Origin: a virus
Strand: one strand, 5' to 3'
DNA length: 64,000 bases
Virus record (IMG/VR): IMGVR_UViG_3300017917_002953
Span: 5,481-69,480 of that record
The position numbers and the translations under genes were made by a program. Position 1 is the stretch's first letter. The number at the start of each line of letters is the position of its first letter. This document shows positions 8,985-19,432 of the stretch, piece by piece. The notes beneath the pieces are model-generated. The model saw only the letters and a list, made by a program, of their open reading frames with translations. It had not been told where the DNA came from and did not search any database.

Positions 8985-11429
8985 ATGCAAGGTATAATTT
9001 GTGGTTTAGGTTTAATTAAACAAAATAGTGAATATAATTACACGGATTGTTGTGGTAATTTCATATCAGGTTTAAATAATACCGGTGGTGATTTGGAGGT
9101 AAATTTTAATTATACTTTACCAAGAGGTGGTGTGGGTAAATTAAATGTACCTGTTAGTGTAACATGTGCTTCACCAACCCCAACCCCAACACAAACAGTT
9201 ACACCAACAAACACTGTTACACCTTCTGTAACTCCAACAAGTACTCAAACTCCTACACCAAGTATTACACCATCAATTACTCCATCAAATAGTCCGGTTA
9301 CAAGGTTAAAGAATAGTTGTGATGTTGTGACTTTATTTAATATGGGTATTTCGTGCAATGTTATTCAAAACCCGTCAAGTCCAACTTCATTGGATGGTAT
9401 AATATCAGTTAATGTTACAGGTGGTACTGCACCATATTCATATTTTTGGGCCGGAGGGCAAAGAACTCAAACATTATTTGGAGTACCACAAGGAACTTAT
9501 GAAGTAGTGGTGACAGACTATTCATGGCCTGATGGAGGTCCTGACTTTACAGCCTCAACGATATGTTCGTTAGTTGGACCAACTCCAACAACAACACCAA
9601 CAATGACACCAACACCAAGTAATACACCACCAATACAATGTGTTGATTTGTGTGTTACTATGACAAGTGAAAGAGGTGTAATTCAATTTGGACCTGCACA
9701 ATTTGTATGTAATGGTTTATTTAACGGTCAATTTAGTTGGTTTGCAGAATCTAACGGAAAACCTTTTTATATTCTATACAATTTGGATAGATATCAAATC
9801 TATAACGATAGTGAGGGTAATGTTCCATATTTCTTTGAAAATAGTGTTGTTGCAACAGATGTATACGCGGCAATACCATTAACAGGTTGGCAATACTATG
9901 GAGGTTTTGCTTCAGGTAATATAACAGTATCTACAGAACCTTGTCCGGAATACCCTCCATTATCACTAAATCTATTCTCAAATAACAATAGTTGTCGAGG
10001 AATGGTTAATTGTGATGGCTCAATTACAGCAAATGTACAGGGTGGTGTTGCGCCTTACTATTATTCAATTAATGATGGTGTGACAACACAAACAAGTCCA
10101 ACATTTAATAATTTATGTCCTGCTAATTATATTGTAACTGTTTATGATTCGGTAGGTAATGTACAATCAAGTAGTGTTGAAATTAGTTTTGAATCTAATC
10201 CAGTGACATATCAATTATCTGTTGTTGATTATGGAACTCCGGTGGTTGGAGGAATACCAAATGTTTCGAATAATTTAACTAAAAACTATAAAATTCAATC
10301 TAACCCACTAATACCTGTTGGTACTAGTGTGACTTTTAATTTAACATTCTCGAATACTAAGACATATGATGGACCTGGTAATGGTACAATAAACAATACC
10401 TTTATTGTATACAAAAATAATGTACAACAAACTGTTAACTTAGTTTCTAATACACCTGTGGTAATAAACAGACCAAATTGTTCACCAAGTCAACAAACAG
10501 GAGTAACCCAAACTAATACAATAACATTAACAATGAGTTCGGGTGATGATATTTTATTGATTGATGCATCTGATTTAACCTTAACAAACCCTCAAGGAAG
10601 TGCTCAAACAAATTGTACTACAAAACTTACTCAATCAGTGACTTCAAATATTACACAAGTTTCAGTTTCGGGTAATGAATGTTCAACTGCTGTTGGAGGT
10701 TCAAGAACTGTTTTAGAAAATTCAATTACTTATGTTCCAACAGTAACACCACCTGATTTACCTTGTTTTGGTTATTTATATAATTTTTATGCAATTACAG
10801 GTTCAACTACACAATCATTAACAAGTAGTGATAGTTGGTCTGTACCAACTCAAACTGATTTCCAAACTTTAATTAATTCAGTTTCTAACAATTCAAGTGC
10901 GTTAAGATTAGTTAATACAACTACTTATTGGAGGGCGAATAATACAAATGCGACAAATACATCGGGATTCAGTGCTAAAGGAAGTGGGTTTAGAGATACT
11001 TTGACCAACGTAGGGTTTACTAATTTAAGAGATGATGTGAATTATCATTCTAAAACACCTTGGAGTGGTGGTCAAAATCTAAGTGTATCGTTATTTCTTT
11101 CTAGTGGTCAAATAACACCTCTTCTTAGTACGTTAAGTGCGAATATTAGAACTGCTGGTAATTCGGTAAGATTGGTTAAAAATACAACACAATTATTACC
11201 GGGTCAAACAGGTACATACGTTGGTAATGACGGAAAAACATATAATACAATATGTATAGGTACTCAAGAATGGATGTCAGAAGATTTACGAGAAACTCAA
11301 TATAGAAATTCAACGGCAATACCGAATGTAACCTCTCAATCAACTTGGTCAGGGTTAACCACAGGAGCTTATTGTATTTACAATAATGACCCAACTAATG
11401 TTGGAGGATGTACTGAAAATTTACCATAA
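8985..11429 (+). CDS. Surface protein with two SprB-like repeats and a permuted FISUMP domain
   Basis: GIISVNVTGGTAPYSYFW and GSITANVQGGVAPYYYSI (SprB-like); FGYLYN...SVRLVK...GNDGKTYNTICIGTQEWM. Confidence 0.75.
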   Translation: MQGIICGLGLIKQNSEYNYTDCCGNFISGLNNTGGDLEVNFNYTLPRGGVGKLNVPVSVTCASPTPTPTQTVTPTNTVTPSVTPTSTQTPTPSITPSITPSNSPVTRLKNSCDVVTLFNMGISCNVIQNPSSPTSLDGIISVNVTGGTAPYSYFWAGGQRTQTLFGVPQGTYEVVVTDYSWPDGGPDFTASTICSLVGPTPTTTPTMTPTPSNTPPIQCVDLCVTMTSERGVIQFGPAQFVCNGLFNGQFSWFAESNGKPFYILYNLDRYQIYNDSEGNVPYFFENSVVATDVYAAIPLTGWQYYGGFASGNITVSTEPCPEYPPLSLNLFSNNNSCRGMVNCDGSITANVQGGVAPYYYSINDGVTTQTSPTFNNLCPANYIVTVYDSVGNVQSSSVEISFESNPVTYQLSVVDYGTPVVGGIPNVSNNLTKNYKIQSNPLIPVGTSVTFNLTFSNTKTYDGPGNGTINNTFIVYKNNVQQTVNLVSNTPVVINRPNCSPSQQTGVTQTNTITLTMSSGDDILLIDASDLTLTNPQGSAQTNCTTKLTQSVTSNITQVSVSGNECSTAVGGSRTVLENSITYVPTVTPPDLPCFGYLYNFYAITGSTTQSLTSSDSWSVPTQTDFQTLINSVSNNSSALRLVNTTTYWRANNTNATNTSGFSAKGSGFRDTLTNVGFTNLRDDVNYHSKTPWSGGQNLSVSLFLSSGQITPLLSTLSANIRTAGNSVRLVKNTTQLLPGQTGTYVGNDGKTYNTICIGTQEWMSEDLRETQYRNSTAIPNVTSQSTWSGLTTGAYCIYNNDPTNVGGCTENLP

Positions 11430-11461
11430 TTAAAATAAAAAGAAGAAACTATTTATAACAA

Positions 11462-13690
11462 ATGGCTTATATAATTAAAAATACTGCGGGACTAATTAAC
11501 ACAAGATTAACTGATGTGGGTAGAAGATACTTATCTCAGGGTAATTTTAATATTGCTTATTTTCAAATAGGGGATAGTGAGGTTAGTTATACTGCGGTTC
11601 CGAGTTACAACCAAACTAATAACAACATTTTGATGCCAGCATTTAATGCTCAAAATGATACAGGTTCTCCACAATCTAACAAACAAAATATCAAATATCC
11701 TTATTATGTTGATGGTGGTAGAGGAAATACTTATGGTATTCCTTATATGGCAAGCGATTTTCAATCAGTTTATAATTCGGCAGGTGTAAAAGGGTTTTTT
11801 GTTACAGGTGGTACACAAGGTAATTGGGATGTTCAAACAAGTTCGGCATATACCATAACATCAAATTATCAAGTTGATATGCTAACATTGGTCGGTCAAA
11901 ATCAAATTGATATTGAATTGGACCCATTGATTTGTTCTCCAACAACAGGGACACCTTCAGTTAATGATTTTGTTACTATTATTTATGATGGTAATGGTGG
12001 ATGTAGTGATGTTGGTACATATTCTATTTTAACTTATAAGATACAAGATTTAAGCCCGTCAACCGGTACAACAGGTACAACGACTTGGACTTTAACTTTA
12101 GACCGAAATGTCCCTGATTATACAGGGAAAGTATTAGGTGCTGAAAAAGGTAGAGTTTTAATCTACCCTTCAGGTATGACCGCCTTATATGATACAATAA
12201 CTCCGGCACCATATTGGGATATTGATACTATTAATTTTGAATCTCCTTGTGATATTTCAAAAAGAGAAAATACGGTTGTATGGAATATGAACATTCCATG
12301 GACTGAAAACCCTGCTGGGTTATATCCAAATCAATATGAAGGATATAATAATTATGGTTCAGTTAGTTATATTGGTACGAAAGAATATTTGGGTTATAAT
12401 GAACCATCAGGTCAAACCGATAATAGTAAAGTTTATTATTATAATTCATACGATGAAGAGATTGTACTTAAACCTCAAGACCAAAAAGCAATCGCGATTA
12501 TTCATTATACCAATCAAGATATTGATAATGTTTATGGTGAAAAATTTGCGACAGTTCCTTATGACCCACAAAACCCTACAGATAATACAGGATTAGCCCG
12601 TCATTTCAAACTTACGATTCCAACATTAATGTGGCATAAATCATCGGGTTCAAGTATTGGGGAAACTTTTTGGATTGACCCTCCTGGATATGATTTATGT
12701 AAACCATATTACATTAAATCACTTAAGAATTACGACATGAATGACCCGGGTATTAGATACTTCCATTTATGGGATACTAATCCTGATGCTAATGGAAATT
12801 TAAATAGAATTGGTAAAGTTTTCCCTGACCAAGAAATCATTGTAATTGATGATGAGGAAGTGGTTGCTGCGATGTCTTATAAGGCGAATAGAAACTGGAC
12901 TTTACCAGCACCTAAATTATCGTTATTGTCACCAAATGTTTGTAGTCCAAACACATCTGCATCAACAGGTATTTTTACGACACCAACACAAAGTATGTGG
13001 ATTACATATCGTTTTGATTCAACAGGATTTACGGATTCATTACATTGTAATTATTATTCATTGATTAGTGCTAGTTCAGGTGTTACACAAACAAATAGTG
13101 AGAATATTGCCGTTAAATTTGGTCCTGAATTTAAATTCTTAAATCAACCATTAAATACTTATACAAGTGCTGATTTAAGTGGGTATTCTGCAAACTCTAT
13201 GAAATTATTGGTTCAAATGGTTGAAGGGACTAATAGACCAATATCTACCGCTTGGAGAGAAATTGATGTAACATCTCAAATAAGTGGAAGCTCAATTAAC
13301 GGATATATTACAATGAGTGGTATTACGGGAACTACTTTCCAAATTGACCAAGAAACTTATGATAATGCGACATCATATAATTTGGCGAATTACATTACAT
13401 TACCTGAAAACGGACAGACGGATTATTTGAATTTTGGTGATGAATATTATTTCTATGGAAATCTTGAAACAGATATTACGGCAACAATTTATGAAATGAA
13501 ATATCTTGTGAATTTGGGACGAAACCAATTTACAAATACCTCAAATCCGACTTGGATGTCAGGAACAACTTCATATGTTACTGAAATTGGCCTTTACAAT
13601 CAAAATAAAGACCTTATGGTTATATCTAAACTACAATCACCTGAATTAAGACAAGGTATTCAACAATTTGTAGTTAAATTAGATTTTTAA
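11462..13690 (+). CDS. Putative tail/baseplate structural protein (tail-collar-fibre-like termini)
   Basis: N-terminal LTDVGRRYL...YFQIGDSE and C-terminal VTEIGLYN...LMVISKL...FVVKLDF. Confidence 0.6.
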   Translation: MAYIIKNTAGLINTRLTDVGRRYLSQGNFNIAYFQIGDSEVSYTAVPSYNQTNNNILMPAFNAQNDTGSPQSNKQNIKYPYYVDGGRGNTYGIPYMASDFQSVYNSAGVKGFFVTGGTQGNWDVQTSSAYTITSNYQVDMLTLVGQNQIDIELDPLICSPTTGTPSVNDFVTIIYDGNGGCSDVGTYSILTYKIQDLSPSTGTTGTTTWTLTLDRNVPDYTGKVLGAEKGRVLIYPSGMTALYDTITPAPYWDIDTINFESPCDISKRENTVVWNMNIPWTENPAGLYPNQYEGYNNYGSVSYIGTKEYLGYNEPSGQTDNSKVYYYNSYDEEIVLKPQDQKAIAIIHYTNQDIDNVYGEKFATVPYDPQNPTDNTGLARHFKLTIPTLMWHKSSGSSIGETFWIDPPGYDLCKPYYIKSLKNYDMNDPGIRYFHLWDTNPDANGNLNRIGKVFPDQEIIVIDDEEVVAAMSYKANRNWTLPAPKLSLLSPNVCSPNTSASTGIFTTPTQSMWITYRFDSTGFTDSLHCNYYSLISASSGVTQTNSENIAVKFGPEFKFLNQPLNTYTSADLSGYSANSMKLLVQMVEGTNRPISTAWREIDVTSQISGSSINGYITMSGITGTTFQIDQETYDNATSYNLANYITLPENGQTDYLNFGDEYYFYGNLETDITATIYEMKYLVNLGRNQFTNTSNPTWMSGTTSYVTEIGLYNQNKDLMVISKLQSPELRQGIQQFVVKLDF

Positions 13691-13692
13691 AT

Positions 13693-14295
13693 ATGACAAA
13701 AACTATTAAGAAAGATTCTCCAAAAGTATTAGGGTTGGATGTATCGACAAAAACTATTGGATGGGCATTATTCGATATTCAAACTAGAGAATTGTTGGAA
13801 CTAACTCACATTTCACCTGTTCCAAAACCAAAAGTAGAAGACAAAATTGAAGAATTAATTTTGAAGGGTAATATCTTCAGACAGAAACTTGAAAATTATG
13901 TCGGTATGGGAATTAAGTATGTGGTTATAGAAGAGCCACTATTAAATTCGAATAATGTTTATACCGTTGGTACATTAATGAGATTTAACACATTGGTGTG
14001 TAAAGAAGTTTATGATGTCTTAGGAGTTGTTCCGGTATTTATCTCAACTTATAATTCAAGAAAATTTGCATTTCCTGAGTTAGTTCAAGAAAATGATAAA
14101 GGTAAATTTGTTCTTTTTGGAGGTCTTCCAAAAACTATCGATAAAAAGAATATCATTTGGGACTTAGTTGCGAAAAGAGAACCTCAAATCACATGGCAAT
14201 ATACTAAGAACAATACCCTTAAAAAAGAAAATTTTGACCAAACCGACGCATATTGTGCGGCATTAGGTTACATGAAAATGAAAGAAATTTGGTAG
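13693..14295 (+). CDS. RuvC-like Holliday junction resolvase
   Basis: VLGLDVSTKTIGWA, VVIEEP and DQTDAYCAA acidic motifs. Confidence 0.75.
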   Translation: MTKTIKKDSPKVLGLDVSTKTIGWALFDIQTRELLELTHISPVPKPKVEDKIEELILKGNIFRQKLENYVGMGIKYVVIEEPLLNSNNVYTVGTLMRFNTLVCKEVYDVLGVVPVFISTYNSRKFAFPELVQENDKGKFVLFGGLPKTIDKKNIIWDLVAKREPQITWQYTKNNTLKKENFDQTDAYCAALGYMKMKEIW

Positions 14296-14319
14296 TTTAG
14301 GAAAAATGTTTTATCTTTG
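14288..14319 (+). promoter_or_regulatory. Bacteroidota housekeeping-sigma promoter
   Basis: TTTG 14288-14291, 20-nt spacer, TATCTTTG 14312-14319. Confidence 0.7.
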
Positions 14320-14339
14320 TGTGAAAATCATAAATCAAG

Positions 14340-14726
14340 ATGGGGAAGATATTAAGAAAAGATACTGATACCAAAAAACTTAAAAGGATAATTTTAAAAC
14401 ATTCAAAAGACATCTCAACCTATAATGATAGGCTTAGAGGTGTCTTTTCTATTAAAAATATTCGTATTTATGATATCGATAGTATTTTTAAAAAGGTTGA
14501 GGTTGATATTGAATTCAAAGGTGAAATATACGCTCAATTGTCCTCGATTAGAGGTGATGAGTGGATTGATTCTAAAATTTTGACGAATGACAAATTTAGT
14601 GTGTCTAAAGTTCGTCTTAATAAGTTCTTCAAAAGAAGGTTATTAAATGATGTTAAACATCGTTTATCTTACTTTAATGAGGACATTCTTCATGATAGTC
14701 AAATAAAAAAAATAAAATGGATATGA
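14340..14726 (+). CDS. Hypothetical protein
   Basis: ORF directly after the promoter. Confidence 0.65.
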   Translation: MGKILRKDTDTKKLKRIILKHSKDISTYNDRLRGVFSIKNIRIYDIDSIFKKVEVDIEFKGEIYAQLSSIRGDEWIDSKILTNDKFSVSKVRLNKFFKRRLLNDVKHRLSYFNEDILHDSQIKKIKWI

Positions 14727-14875
14727 CATATTTTATAATTTGGATTGTTATTGCCTCTTTAGGGGTTTTAATATTTCCGATAGGTAATCGAATTGAAAAA
14801 CTTGATGACAATCATCGTTTAAAGAAATGGTGGAAGAAACATATTACGGACACTTACAAGGGTAATGACTTTTAA
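14723..14875 (+). CDS. 50-aa membrane protein
   Basis: Manual translation MTYFIIWIVIASLGVLIFP...; ATGA overlap with the previous gene. Confidence 0.55.
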   Translation: MTYFIIWIVIASLGVLIFPIGNRIEKLDDNHRLKKWWKKHITDTYKGNDF

Positions 14876-14899
14876 AAATAAAAGTTTTATATTTAAGTC

Positions 14900-15814
14900 A
14901 TGACAGAAGAAGTTGAAGTATTAGTTGAATTATTAACAGATGTTTTGGGAGAACCCCACCAACATTATGAAACTCGTGGTCAAATTTCTTTTGACTGTCC
15001 TGTTTGTGCGGATGAAAAAGGGTTGGACCATGGTGATGGGAAAGGTAATTTAGAAATTAATTACGGGAAACATGTTTATAAATGTTGGTCGTGTGGTGAA
15101 ACTTTAGGGACTCACGGACCTTTAGGTAAGTTATTTGACAAATACGCAACTAAAGAACAAAAGAAAATTTATAACTTAATCAAACCTGAGGAACTTCAAA
15201 AACAAGAACAAAAAAAGAATGCTTTAAAATTACCGGAAGGTTATACTCAATTTAAAGATTCCAATCCAAGATTTATTCCTCATGCGGAGGCTTACCGATA
15301 CTTAACCTCAAGAGGTATTACTGATGAGATTATTGAAAAATATCAAATAGGTTATACAGTGACTGGTGATTTTGCCTATAGGGTAATTGTTCCATCATTT
15401 AACAAGAATGGGGTTTTGAATTATTTTGTTGCGAGGTCTTGGGTTCCAAAAAAGATGAAATATAAAAACCCAACAGCTGCCAAAGATGAAATAATTTTTA
15501 ATGAGAGTCGAATTGATTGGTTTAAGGATGTTTATTTGGTTGAGGGTGTATTTGATAGTTTTTTCTTGGATAATTCAATTGTTATGTTGGGGAAAAAGAT
15601 GAGTCCGTTATTATTTGAAACTTTATATGAAAAAGTTTTGGGTAATATTATTATATGTGTGGATGGTGATGCTTGGGATGACGGATTAAAGTTATATCAT
15701 GAATTAAATGGGGGTAGATTGTACAATAAAATTAAAATTGTAAAATTACCTACCGATAAAGATGTCTGTGACTTACGAGGACAGATTGACGAATATTATT
15801 ATGAGATTAGATGA
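14900..15814 (+). CDS. DNA primase (Zn finger plus TOPRIM)
   Basis: CPVC...CWSC; YLVEGVFD; DGD. Confidence 0.85.
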   Translation: MTEEVEVLVELLTDVLGEPHQHYETRGQISFDCPVCADEKGLDHGDGKGNLEINYGKHVYKCWSCGETLGTHGPLGKLFDKYATKEQKKIYNLIKPEELQKQEQKKNALKLPEGYTQFKDSNPRFIPHAEAYRYLTSRGITDEIIEKYQIGYTVTGDFAYRVIVPSFNKNGVLNYFVARSWVPKKMKYKNPTAAKDEIIFNESRIDWFKDVYLVEGVFDSFFLDNSIVMLGKKMSPLLFETLYEKVLGNIIICVDGDAWDDGLKLYHELNGGRLYNKIKIVKLPTDKDVCDLRGQIDEYYYEIR

Positions 15815-15963
15815 GTAATTTAAGAATTAATATAAGATTTTTTATGTGGCACTTTAAAGTGTCAAATGATTGGGAATTCAGTTGGAGTTATAACGAAGCT
15901 CACAAAGGATTTCCAAATGGTTGGTTTGATGTGTATCAATTCGAACCTTTTAAAAAAAGATAA
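15811..15963 (+). CDS. 50-aa hypothetical protein
   Basis: Manual translation MSNLRINIRFFMWHF...; ATGA overlap. Confidence 0.5.
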   Translation: MSNLRINIRFFMWHFKVSNDWEFSWSYNEAHKGFPNGWFDVYQFEPFKKR

Positions 15964-15969
15964 AAAAAA

Positions 15970-16001
15970 TTTGGTGGAATAAAAAAAGAATCGTAGTTTT
16001 G
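15970..16001 (+). promoter_or_regulatory. Bacteroidota housekeeping-sigma promoter
   Basis: TTTG, 20-nt spacer, TAGTTTTG. Confidence 0.65.
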
Positions 16002-16024
16002 TCTTGAATTTAAAATTAAACTTT

Positions 16025-16189
16025 ATGTCAGGTACAATTTCATTTAATTTGGAAACTTATCAATCATTCAAAAAAGAGTATCAAAACGCTGTGAATGGTA
16101 ATAAAACTCAATTTAAATTCCAAAATAACGATTTCTTAACAAGTTACGCCAAATATCTATTAGAATATTTGAAATGTAAATTTGAGTAA
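16025..16189 (+). CDS. Small hypothetical protein
   Basis: MSGTISF...YAKYLLEYL; ATG start chosen downstream of the promoter. Confidence 0.55.
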   Translation: MSGTISFNLETYQSFKKEYQNAVNGNKTQFKFQNNDFLTSYAKYLLEYLKCKFE

Positions 16190-17032
16190 ATGGATTTAAA
16201 AAAAATTGCGATTGAAATACGAGAACTAATTAGTCAACGACAACAAGAATTAGGTCTTACTTTTGAAGAGGATAATCATATCTATACCATGAATGGGAGA
16301 AATGATTATCCTTCTGTATCTAAAGTATTAAAGAAATTTTATACTGAATTCCCGACTGAACAAGCGGCGTATAATAAAGCCGGTGGAGACCCACAAAAAC
16401 AACAAGAGTTAATTGAGGAGTGGGCAGCTGCCGGAACCTATTCAACTAACATGGGTAGTAGAGTTCATTACGAACTTGAAAAAGAAACCATAAAAAGAAA
16501 TGGTGGTTATAAAGAAGTTAGACAACCTATTTTTGAATGTGACAATACCCAATTATTTAAAAGCGACAATATGATTGTTGCCGGTAAAAACTTCCTTAAC
16601 TTAATGGAGCAACGAGGTGCGATATTACTTGATACTGAGATGGTGTTGGGTGACCCGGAACTAGGTTATACCGGACAACCCGATAAGGTATGGTTGATAA
16701 TGAATATCCATCAAAATGAATTTGGGTTGGTTATTACTGATTGGAAAACTAATAAGCCGAAAAACTTCCTTGAAACAAGATATACTAAAAGAATGTTGGA
16801 ACCATATGGTAAATCACCGGACAACGCGTTGGGTCATTACCAGGTTCAATTACCTCTTTATGGTAAATTGTTAATTAAAATGTTGGAAGGTACTAAGTAT
16901 GAGAATATTAAGTTATACGGATGTATTATTACTCACCTAAAAGAAGATGCTACTTTTGATGAATATCGTGTTCCAAAAGATGTTATTACGACAACTTTAA
17001 ACATGGATATGAAAAAATATTTGGTTAAGTAA
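16190..17032 (+). CDS. PD-(D/E)XK family exonuclease
   Basis: YPSVS, GSRVH, GQPDKVW, ITDWKT, YQVQLPLY. Confidence 0.8.
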   Translation: MDLKKIAIEIRELISQRQQELGLTFEEDNHIYTMNGRNDYPSVSKVLKKFYTEFPTEQAAYNKAGGDPQKQQELIEEWAAAGTYSTNMGSRVHYELEKETIKRNGGYKEVRQPIFECDNTQLFKSDNMIVAGKNFLNLMEQRGAILLDTEMVLGDPELGYTGQPDKVWLIMNIHQNEFGLVITDWKTNKPKNFLETRYTKRMLEPYGKSPDNALGHYQVQLPLYGKLLIKMLEGTKYENIKLYGCIITHLKEDATFDEYRVPKDVITTTLNMDMKKYLVK

Positions 17033-17051
17033 AAAACTTTATCTATCTTTG
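17020..17051 (+). promoter_or_regulatory. Bacteroidota housekeeping-sigma promoter
   Basis: TTTG, 20-nt spacer, TATCTTTG. Confidence 0.65.
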
Positions 17052-17073
17052 TCTCCAATATAAAAAAAGAGAT

Positions 17074-17961
17074 ATGTCTAAAATTGATGATTTAAGGGTA
17101 AAGTACCCTACAGTTCAACTTCAAACTTTTACAAAATTTGTTGATGCGGATAAAACTCCGACTAAAAAATATGTTGAATTTTTATTAAAAACATGGTCTC
17201 GACGAGACATGAATGGTTGTGTAAGAACTACTGCTCAATTAATTAGTTTGGTTCATAAATTTGACGAATTACTACCATATATTGAGGAAAAGGACATTTA
17301 CAATAAAAATTATACTTGGGTTCCTGCATTACAAAAAGTAATAGACGATGCGGAAAGTGAAAAAGAATTTAAAAGTTTTGATAGAAAAGACCATGTTGAG
17401 GTTTTATATGAGGATGATAAGATACTTTTTCTCATTCCAAAAACACATAAAGGGTCTTTAAAGTATGGTGCAAATACTAGATGGTGTACTGCCTCAAGAA
17501 ACAATGCCTCAACATTTAATAATTATTCAAAATCAGGATTACTTGCTTATTTGATTGATAAAACGGGAAAAAATACCGCTCATTATCAAAAAGTTGCGTT
17601 TTATTTATCTTGGAATGAGATAGGTATAACCTCAGCAATTGACATTTATAATACTAACGATAATGTTTGTGGGGACAAAATGATTATTAAAGGAGGATGG
17701 GACGATGAAGTACTTTTTAAGATGATGACAATTTTTCGACTTAAATTCATCAATTATAAGAAAATTAAAACATCAATTGATAATATCAATTCGTTTGGTG
17801 AAACTTTAAAAAGATTAAACTTCGATTTATTAAAAGATAGTTTGGAAAAACTTGAACAATCGATAGAACCTTCGTATATTTCTAATCTAAAGGAGAACAT
17901 CGATAGTTTCCTTGAAAAACTTAACACTAAAAAATATGGAATTACAACAACCGAAAATTAA
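17074..17961 (+). CDS. Hypothetical protein of the T[RK]WCT paralog family
   Basis: KDIY...SLKYGANTRWCTAS; related to ORFs 37948 and 50750. Confidence 0.7.
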   Translation: MSKIDDLRVKYPTVQLQTFTKFVDADKTPTKKYVEFLLKTWSRRDMNGCVRTTAQLISLVHKFDELLPYIEEKDIYNKNYTWVPALQKVIDDAESEKEFKSFDRKDHVEVLYEDDKILFLIPKTHKGSLKYGANTRWCTASRNNASTFNNYSKSGLLAYLIDKTGKNTAHYQKVAFYLSWNEIGITSAIDIYNTNDNVCGDKMIIKGGWDDEVLFKMMTIFRLKFINYKKIKTSIDNINSFGETLKRLNFDLLKDSLEKLEQSIEPSYISNLKENIDSFLEKLNTKKYGITTTEN

Positions 17962-18172
17962 TTTAAAAGAGTGTCCAACGATAAAATGTGAATCTTGTAA
18001 TGGGATTTACTTTAGAGAGGTGATTTACCTTAAAAGAGTTCCAAAACTTATGACAGGTTCACCTGAGGATACAACCGTGCCATTCCCGATTTACAAATGT
18101 GATTCGTGTGGTCATGTCAATAAAGGATTCAACCCATTTGAGGAAGAAGAAAAAACATTAATTAAAGAATAA
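17936..18172 (+). CDS. Zinc-ribbon protein
   Basis: CESC...CDSC. Confidence 0.65.
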   Translation: MELQQPKINLKECPTIKCESCNGIYFREVIYLKRVPKLMTGSPEDTTVPFPIYKCDSCGHVNKGFNPFEEEEKTLIKE

Positions 18173-18957
18173 TGATAAATAGATTAGTACATTTTTCTGA
18201 TTTACACATCAAACTTTTTAAAGACCACGATTTATATCGGGACATACTTGAAGTTGCGTTAAAAGAATGGAAAACATTACAACCGGATAGGATTGTCTTC
18301 ACTGGTGATTTGGTTCATTCAAAAAATCAAATGACACCGGAGTTGGTTGAGTTTGTTGCTTGGATATTAACCGAATGTTCCAAGATTGCGAAGACAATTG
18401 TTATTATCGGTAATCACGATTTCCTTGAAAACAACAATGCAAGATTGGATGCCCTAACACCGATTGTGGATTCATTAAAAAATGATAATATTGTTTATTT
18501 GAAAAACCGAGGTGTTTATCCGGATGATAATGTGAATTGGTGTGTTTATTCATTGATGGAACACAACATTCCACCGGACATTGAAAAATCGGAGAACAAG
18601 AATATTGGATTGTTCCATGGACCTATTCAAGGATTATATACTGACATTGGTTTCAAATTTGAAGATGGATTTGAGGTTAGTAAGTTTGATGGGTGTGATT
18701 TGGTATTATGTGGTGATATTCACAAAAGACAAGTATTTGACATACCTGGTGGTAAAAAGGCGTACATGGTGGGTTCAACCATCCAACAAAATTTTGGGGA
18801 AACCATAAAAAACCATGGTTATGGTGTTTATGATATTGAGAAAGATGAGTGTGTTTTTGTTGATTTACCTAACACTAAACCATATCTAAAATTTTCAATC
18901 GATTCATTTGATTGTATTGAAAAGGGAACTGAAAAGTTATTAAACAATGGAAAATAA
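18172..18957 (+). CDS. SbcD/Mre11 (gp47-like) metallophosphoesterase nuclease
   Basis: SDLH, TGD, GNHD, FHG, GDIH and GS..QQNFGE motifs. Confidence 0.85.
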   Translation: MINRLVHFSDLHIKLFKDHDLYRDILEVALKEWKTLQPDRIVFTGDLVHSKNQMTPELVEFVAWILTECSKIAKTIVIIGNHDFLENNNARLDALTPIVDSLKNDNIVYLKNRGVYPDDNVNWCVYSLMEHNIPPDIEKSENKNIGLFHGPIQGLYTDIGFKFEDGFEVSKFDGCDLVLCGDIHKRQVFDIPGGKKAYMVGSTIQQNFGETIKNHGYGVYDIEKDECVFVDLPNTKPYLKFSIDSFDCIEKGTEKLLNNGK

Positions 18958-19168
18958 TATGGGACCATTAAAGAAGGTTACAGAAGATATTTTACCAAAA
19001 ATTAAAAACAGGTATTATAGATTTGGTAAAAAAGAAATTAAAGTTGGTGATACTATCGGCTCCATTATGTTAGAGGTTTCAAAAGAAGGTGAGAATGAAA
19101 CGATGGAAATGAGAACTTTTGTAATTGATGAAGGTGGTATTGCTTATGTATTGAGTGATAAAAAATAG
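18947..19168 (+). CDS. Hypothetical protein
   Basis: Operon-like spacing. Confidence 0.55.
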   Translation: MENNMGPLKKVTEDILPKIKNRYYRFGKKEIKVGDTIGSIMLEVSKEGENETMEMRTFVIDEGGIAYVLSDKK

Positions 19169-19174
19169 GTTAAT

Positions 19175-19432
19175 ATGGGAAATCTTAGAGACAAATATAC
19201 GGATGAGGAATGGGATGAACTCGAAAGAGAAATTGAACATGAAAAAAAGTTGGGTCAGCCCGATGATAGGTATTTGGCGATTTTTGTTGATAGTTTAACT
19301 AAAGACCGATTGATTGAACTCAAAAATAAATTAATTGAATGTAATATCCCAAGACATCAATATTGGAGAATTGATGATTGGATAAAGTATAGAGAAAATA
19401 AAGAGCGTGAGTCAAATACAACTAACAACTAA
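19175..19432 (+). CDS. Hypothetical protein
   Basis: Operon-like spacing. Confidence 0.55.
   Translation: MGNLRDKYTDEEWDELEREIEHEKKLGQPDDRYLAIFVDSLTKDRLIELKNKLIECNIPRHQYWRIDDWIKYRENKERESNTTNN

Noticed and set aside
7390-11429. Diversity-generating retroelement targeting the FISUMP domains
   Set aside because: No reverse transcriptase and no near-identical TR/VR pair seen in the window.
16190-17032. Cas4 or CRISPR-associated nuclease
   Set aside because: No four-Cys Fe-S motif is evident, and it sits among replication and recombination genes.
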